NCBI GenBank assembly: GCA_030747675.1
Contig: JASLKH010000034.1
Location: forward strand, 1 to 10,216
Origin: Candidatus Thalassarchaeaceae archaeon
GTDB lineage: Archaea; Thermoplasmatota; Poseidoniia; Poseidoniales; Thalassarchaeaceae
DNA length: 10,216 nt
Direction: 5' to 3'
Shown here: piece by piece, positions 6,592 to 10,216 of the stretch
How positions within the stretch are numbered: position 1 is the first letter of the stretch
Layout: each line of letters opens with the position of its first letter
Notes under the pieces: model-generated
What the model saw: only the letters and a program-made list of their open reading frames with translations
The model's database searches: none
What the model was told of the DNA's origin: nothing
Made by a program: the position numbers and the translations under genes

Positions 6592-7721
6592 CAAATGACA
6601 CCTCCATAATTTTGTTTGATATGATCGGGGCCATAGTGCAACCATTGCTCATCAGTCCAACCGGCTGGACGACGTGAGTCATCAAGAGCCAGTGATGACA
6701 TCTGTATTTGTGGAACTTCGAACTCGGTAGCGATAAAAGATGGGGCGACTATACTGGTTTGATCTGCCGATATCAAAGCCGCTTCAGGTTCAGCGAGAGT
6801 ATTTCTTGAAGGACGTGCCATTCGTCGTTGAATCGAAATGCACAATGCGAGGCTACCGAACATCAACGCCATTGATTGTAGGCGTACAGACAATATATCT
6901 GCGCTATATCCCTCAACATTATTGGCAACAGAAATCCAACCAGTTGTTTCTGTGAACTCATCATTACTCATAACCACTCGATAGGAGAGTGTGATATCTG
7001 AAAGGGCTGCTGGAAGTGTGACAACCCATGCATCATCCACCATCTGGGCATTGATTGAAGCAATTGGGCCCTCTCCAATTCGGTATTCTAAAGTAACATC
7101 TGTTGCATTGACAACAGGTATCGAAAGTTCTGAAGATTCACCCAGTGAACGAGAGGTCATTGTATCCCATGGAAGCATTTGTGGCAAATTTTCAGGAATT
7201 GGGCCAACCGTTACGTTGTGAGCAGTTGAGATCTTCATACGAGCTGAACCAGCACCGCCATGATGAATGGCAGAATAGAATTCATACGTTCCTTCATTGG
7301 CTGGTGCGAGTAGACTCCAAGTCATAGTTACGCCAAGTGTTGAATCTTGGGCGTATGTTTCGGCATAATTTGTAGAACCACCTTCTCCATTTGACAATAT
7401 TGTCCAACCATCATCCTGTGGTGTGTCCGAAACACCATGCGTATCACTGAGTAGGAAGATACCGACAATTGCACGGTTAGATAATTCCATATCGGTTGCA
7501 GTGACACTGATTGAAATTGGGCCACCCACATAGGTTGAGGCTCGATCTTGCGAGAATACCAATGTGGCTGAAGATGGCTCCGATAGTCCAGGGTCTCCAT
7601 GGCAAGATCCCCCACATGCCGCATCTCGATTACCATCACCGGTTCCACCTGGATTTGCAGATAGTGCTGGAATGCAGAAAATCAGCAATAAGAGAGTGGT
7701 AAGTAGGATTGTACGACGCAT
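6591..7721 (-). CDS. Secreted, membrane-anchored protein: Reeler-like/choice-of-anchor V domain, Ig-like domain, TM, cytoplasmic tail
   Basis: Sec signal MRRTILLTTLLLLIFCIPALSA; CGGSCH; TWSLLAP (Reeler-like W..AP); AIHHG; second beta domain VTLEYR...WVVTLP...LSYRV; TM LQSMALMFGSLALCISI; tail RPAGWTDEQWLHYG. ATG 7721 overlaps the upstream TGA, with GGGAGG at 7730-7735. Confidence 0.85.
   Translation of the reverse strand: MRRTILLTTLLLLIFCIPALSANPGGTGDGNRDAACGGSCHGDPGLSEPSSATLVFSQDRASTYVGGPISISVTATDMELSNRAIVGIFLLSDTHGVSDTPQDDGWTILSNGEGGSTNYAETYAQDSTLGVTMTWSLLAPANEGTYEFYSAIHHGGAGSARMKISTAHNVTVGPIPENLPQMLPWDTMTSRSLGESSELSIPVVNATDVTLEYRIGEGPIASINAQMVDDAWVVTLPAALSDITLSYRVVMSNDEFTETTGWISVANNVEGYSADILSVRLQSMALMFGSLALCISIQRRMARPSRNTLAEPEAALISADQTSIVAPSFIATEFEVPQIQMSSLALDDSRRPAGWTDEQWLHYGPDHIKQNYGGVI
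6599..6605 (-). promoter_or_regulatory. Shine-Dalgarno GGAGGTG embedded in the upstream CDS
   Basis: 7 nt before ATG 6591; encoded by the terminal Gly-Gly-Val codons of the 6591-7721 gene. Confidence 0.8.
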
Positions 7722-10216
7722 CAGGAATTCCTCCCTAAAAATCGATCAAGAAGCGCCGTTACCATAGCACCAAAGATAAGCAAGATGGCTAACAGCGAGG
7801 TCATTGTCGTTCCAAGTGAACTCTCCCCTTCAGGTTCAATCACCTGCATATGCGAAACATCCAATGTGATACTCACCGTATTACTAGAAATGCGTGGATT
7901 GTGAACATCTCCAACGTCAGCAGTTACAGTGTAATGGTAATCTCCGACAAGATGTAATGGTTCTGACCAAAATGTAGAATTTGTTTGGCCGACAGATTCG
8001 ATTTCAGATAAACCACTAGAATGACCAATGGGCTCATGTGTTCTCCACACTGTAAATGTGGTTTCATCACCGCCCCAATCCCAATTTAGATTTACATCAC
8101 CATTTGATACACTTGCTTCCAAATTGGAGGCGACCGGGCCCCAAGTAGCCGTAACAACCTGTTCAACACTATCTGAGCCCCCATTCGAATCAATAACCGT
8201 GAGGTTGACTATCGTGCTTGAATCAGTGAGAACTACAGTGACTTCTTCGCCAACATACGTGTTTATGCCAATGTCCCAAAACCAAGCTACAATTTCTCCA
8301 TCTGAATCAGATGAAAACGAACCATCGAATTTTGTCATCGCTTCAATCAGAACTGTTTCACCAATAGTAAATTCAGCAGTAGGCATCAAATTAACAATCA
8401 CTACATCACCACTTGTGGTTCTTGGACTGACCGCAAAGCCATCATACAGTTCCAAAGATGCTGTCCAAGATTGGCCGACACCCAACCATTCGATTGGAAC
8501 CGAAGTAGCATTGTCAAGGGCTTCAATGTGGAATCCATCTCTCATCCATTCTATGTTCAATGTAATTTGATCACCGTCTTCATCATAGGGCAAGCCTCCA
8601 AGAATGAGGTCAAGCGGTGAAAGTGCGTTTGAATTTTCAGTTAATGAAATCGAAGATACAGTAGCCAATGAATTCCCAATTGTAACTGTTGAAGATTGAG
8701 CTTCTGAACCCATAGAGGTCCCATCGTTTGGTACATATTTCGCCATCCAGATTTCACCGCGATTCGTTTCTGAATATGAAATTGTGAGATTGTTTGTGAA
8801 TTGACTTTGTAATTGTCCGTCTCGGTACCATCGAATGGTCGGACTGGACTCAGCATCACTATCTAAATCACTGTAATTAGCAAATATTTCTAGATTATCA
8901 GAGGATGTTGGTGTATCTGGGCTAAGGCGAACATCGGTAGCAATGGGTGCTGTATTGACAATGGTCACACTCTGGGATGATGTGGGAGTACTCCAATCAA
9001 TTCCATCTGATACTGTTACGGTGTAATGCCATATCTGTCCTTTGGATGTAGCGGCATGTGGCAGAGGATCTACGTCATCATACCCCTGAACATGAACACC
9101 GTCTCGATGCCACTCAATTTGAAAATCCAATTGGGTGTCACCGTTGTCAGTATCTGTAAATGTCCAAATCGCATCTAAATCAGCATCTGTTGCGGGTGAA
9201 TTTGGTGCAATAAGAGCAGAAGATACTGTCGGAGCATTGTTCGATGAACCAATGACAACCATATTGCTCTGAACTTCAGAACCTGAATCGTCACCATCGT
9301 GTGGTGTGACTGCAAAGTGCCATTGGTCTCCCGAACGAGTCATCAAACTAGAAACTGTAGAGGAATCATCCAATTCTGCAACACGTATTCCATCCAAATA
9401 CCATACAATAGATGTACCTGATTCAGAATCTTGATCAGGATCACTATACAGGTAAGAGGCGCTCAGTGTACTAGTTTCATCAGGGCTGGTTGGTGTTAAT
9501 TGGACATTTTGGGCCTGTGGCAGAGCATTGCCTACAATGACAGGGCCCGCACTAACCATCGTTCCACTATCTTGGCCATCAGAAGGAGTCACTTCGACTG
9601 ACCAATCATCCCCTTTGACCACTGAAATCGACATCTGGTCGTCCTTTGAGGAATCCAGTATGCCGTTATTGTACCAATGTATCGTTGTGCCTGATTCTGC
9701 ATCCCCATCTGCATCATTGTATGAATAGGTCAATGCCAACCCAGTCAAGACGGTTGGATTGGATGGTGCCAACTGTAAATTAGAAACTGATGGCGGATTA
9801 TTTGGAGGTGGACTTCCACCTTCTGATACCTGAGAATTTGCTGTCCCATATGCGTCTCCAGTGTTTTGGCTATTTCCATTAGCGGTAAGTCCGGCAAGGT
9901 TGAATTGAGTTGTTCCTGAACCCGACGAAGGCGCGGTCCAATCTACACTCCAACTTCTATAACTTGAGGACGTATGAGTTGCGCTATTGCCCGCAGCATT
10001 CACCTTGACTGCCATTATCCCAACACCGCCAGTGGATAGAGTTCCTTTATCCACTTCAAGGCTGAATCCTCCAGCACTACCTGAAACGCCACCACTAACT
10101 GATATTGAAAGCGTGTATGTTTGTCCAGCTGTGTATGTTGCTGGTTGACCAGACATAGAAACCGTTGCGCTTCCACCATAATGGCAACTACAACCTGATG
10201 CACTCTGGTACTTTCC
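7721..10216 (-). CDS. Large cell-surface protein, 5'-partial: choice-of-anchor V/Reeler-like domain, 5 Ig-like repeats, PKD, FN3-like domain, C-terminal TM anchor
   Basis: The frame stays open beyond the track's ATG 10156 to the window edge (GKYQSASGCSCHYGGSATVSMSGQP...), so the true start and any signal peptide are outside the window. Motifs: GFSLEV, ATH, SWSVDWTAP, ANGNSQNTGD; five N.xP...DxDxD...WY.DG...W...VTP.DG repeats; PKD FDGSFSSDSDGEIVAWFWD..LTVIDSNG; TM LLAILLIFGAMVTALL. Confidence 0.9.
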   Translation of the reverse strand, partial: GKYQSASGCSCHYGGSATVSMSGQPATYTAGQTYTLSISVSGGVSGSAGGFSLEVDKGTLSTGGVGIMAVKVNAAGNSATHTSSSYRSWSVDWTAPSSGSGTTQFNLAGLTANGNSQNTGDAYGTANSQVSEGGSPPPNNPPSVSNLQLAPSNPTVLTGLALTYSYNDADGDAESGTTIHWYNNGILDSSKDDQMSISVVKGDDWSVEVTPSDGQDSGTMVSAGPVIVGNALPQAQNVQLTPTSPDETSTLSASYLYSDPDQDSESGTSIVWYLDGIRVAELDDSSTVSSLMTRSGDQWHFAVTPHDGDDSGSEVQSNMVVIGSSNNAPTVSSALIAPNSPATDADLDAIWTFTDTDNGDTQLDFQIEWHRDGVHVQGYDDVDPLPHAATSKGQIWHYTVTVSDGIDWSTPTSSQSVTIVNTAPIATDVRLSPDTPTSSDNLEIFANYSDLDSDAESSPTIRWYRDGQLQSQFTNNLTISYSETNRGEIWMAKYVPNDGTSMGSEAQSSTVTIGNSLATVSSISLTENSNALSPLDLILGGLPYDEDGDQITLNIEWMRDGFHIEALDNATSVPIEWLGVGQSWTASLELYDGFAVSPRTTSGDVVIVNLMPTAEFTIGETVLIEAMTKFDGSFSSDSDGEIVAWFWDIGINTYVGEEVTVVLTDSSTIVNLTVIDSNGGSDSVEQVVTATWGPVASNLEASVSNGDVNLNWDWGGDETTFTVWRTHEPIGHSSGLSEIESVGQTNSTFWSEPLHLVGDYHYTVTADVGDVHNPRISSNTVSITLDVSHMQVIEPEGESSLGTTMTSLLAILLIFGAMVTALLDRFLGRNS
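7730..7735 (-). promoter_or_regulatory. Shine-Dalgarno GGGAGG embedded in the upstream CDS
   Basis: 8 nt before ATG 7721; encoded by the terminal Gly-Arg codons of the large surface-protein gene. Confidence 0.75.
8393..9799 (-). repeat. Five tandem Ig/cadherin-like protein repeats of about 90-97 aa
   Basis: Units start NPPSV, NALPQA, NAPTV, NTAPIA and NSLATV. Each has an acidic motif (DADGD, DPDQD, DTDNGD, DLDSD, DEDGD), W[YHM].[ND]G, a second W, and a terminal DG. Diverged at DNA level. Confidence 0.9.

Noticed and set aside
6592-6645. Track's 6645 start for the membrane protein
   Set aside because: A 55-nt overlap with the upstream gene; ATG 6591 has a strong SD and a TGATG coupling.
7721-7800. 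Archaeosortase (PGF-CTERM) signal on the large surface protein
   Set aside because: No PGF-like motif before the TM and no strongly basic tail; read as a plain TM anchor.
284-10203. Short antisense or alternate-frame ORFs (284-466, 2370-2612, 2643-2927, 3753-4172, 5575-5757, 5697-5918, 6176-6451, 6497-6685, 6740-6955, 6991-7221, 7145-7327, 7328-7648, 7511-7702, 7564-7767, 8028-8570, 8641-8859, 9528-9728, 10015-10203)
   Set aside because: All lie within longer, motif-supported CDSs and show no recognisable motifs; they are consistent with shadow ORFs.

Overview
This is a gene-dense prokaryotic window, most likely archaeal. TATA-like elements about 25 bp upstream of starts, GGAGGTG/GGGAGG Shine-Dalgarno sites and the protein families resemble Marine Group II Euryarchaeota (Ca. 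Poseidoniales); this is pattern recognition, not a database result. Left to right it holds: the 3' end of a + strand CDS with a perfect 30-bp tandem repeat encoding a Pro/Gln tail; a thiolase; a Tyr-type glutathione S-transferase; a roughly 9-TM sensor-like membrane protein with a TerB-like tail; a divergent pair of GT4 glycosyltransferases flanking one central TATA-like element; and a translationally coupled minus-strand operon of three genes joined by TGATG overlaps. The operon encodes (i) a large surface protein that runs off the right edge (Reeler-like/choice-of-anchor V domain with CxCH, five acidic Ig-like repeats, PKD, FN3-like, TM anchor), (ii) a second secreted, membrane-anchored Reeler-like protein with CxxxCH and a W-rich tail motif, and (iii) a DUF2231-like His-containing 5-TM protein. 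This operon is the best candidate for an undescribed system, possibly a cell-surface heme/metal-binding or redox module. No rRNA, tRNA, CRISPR array or mobile element is supported.
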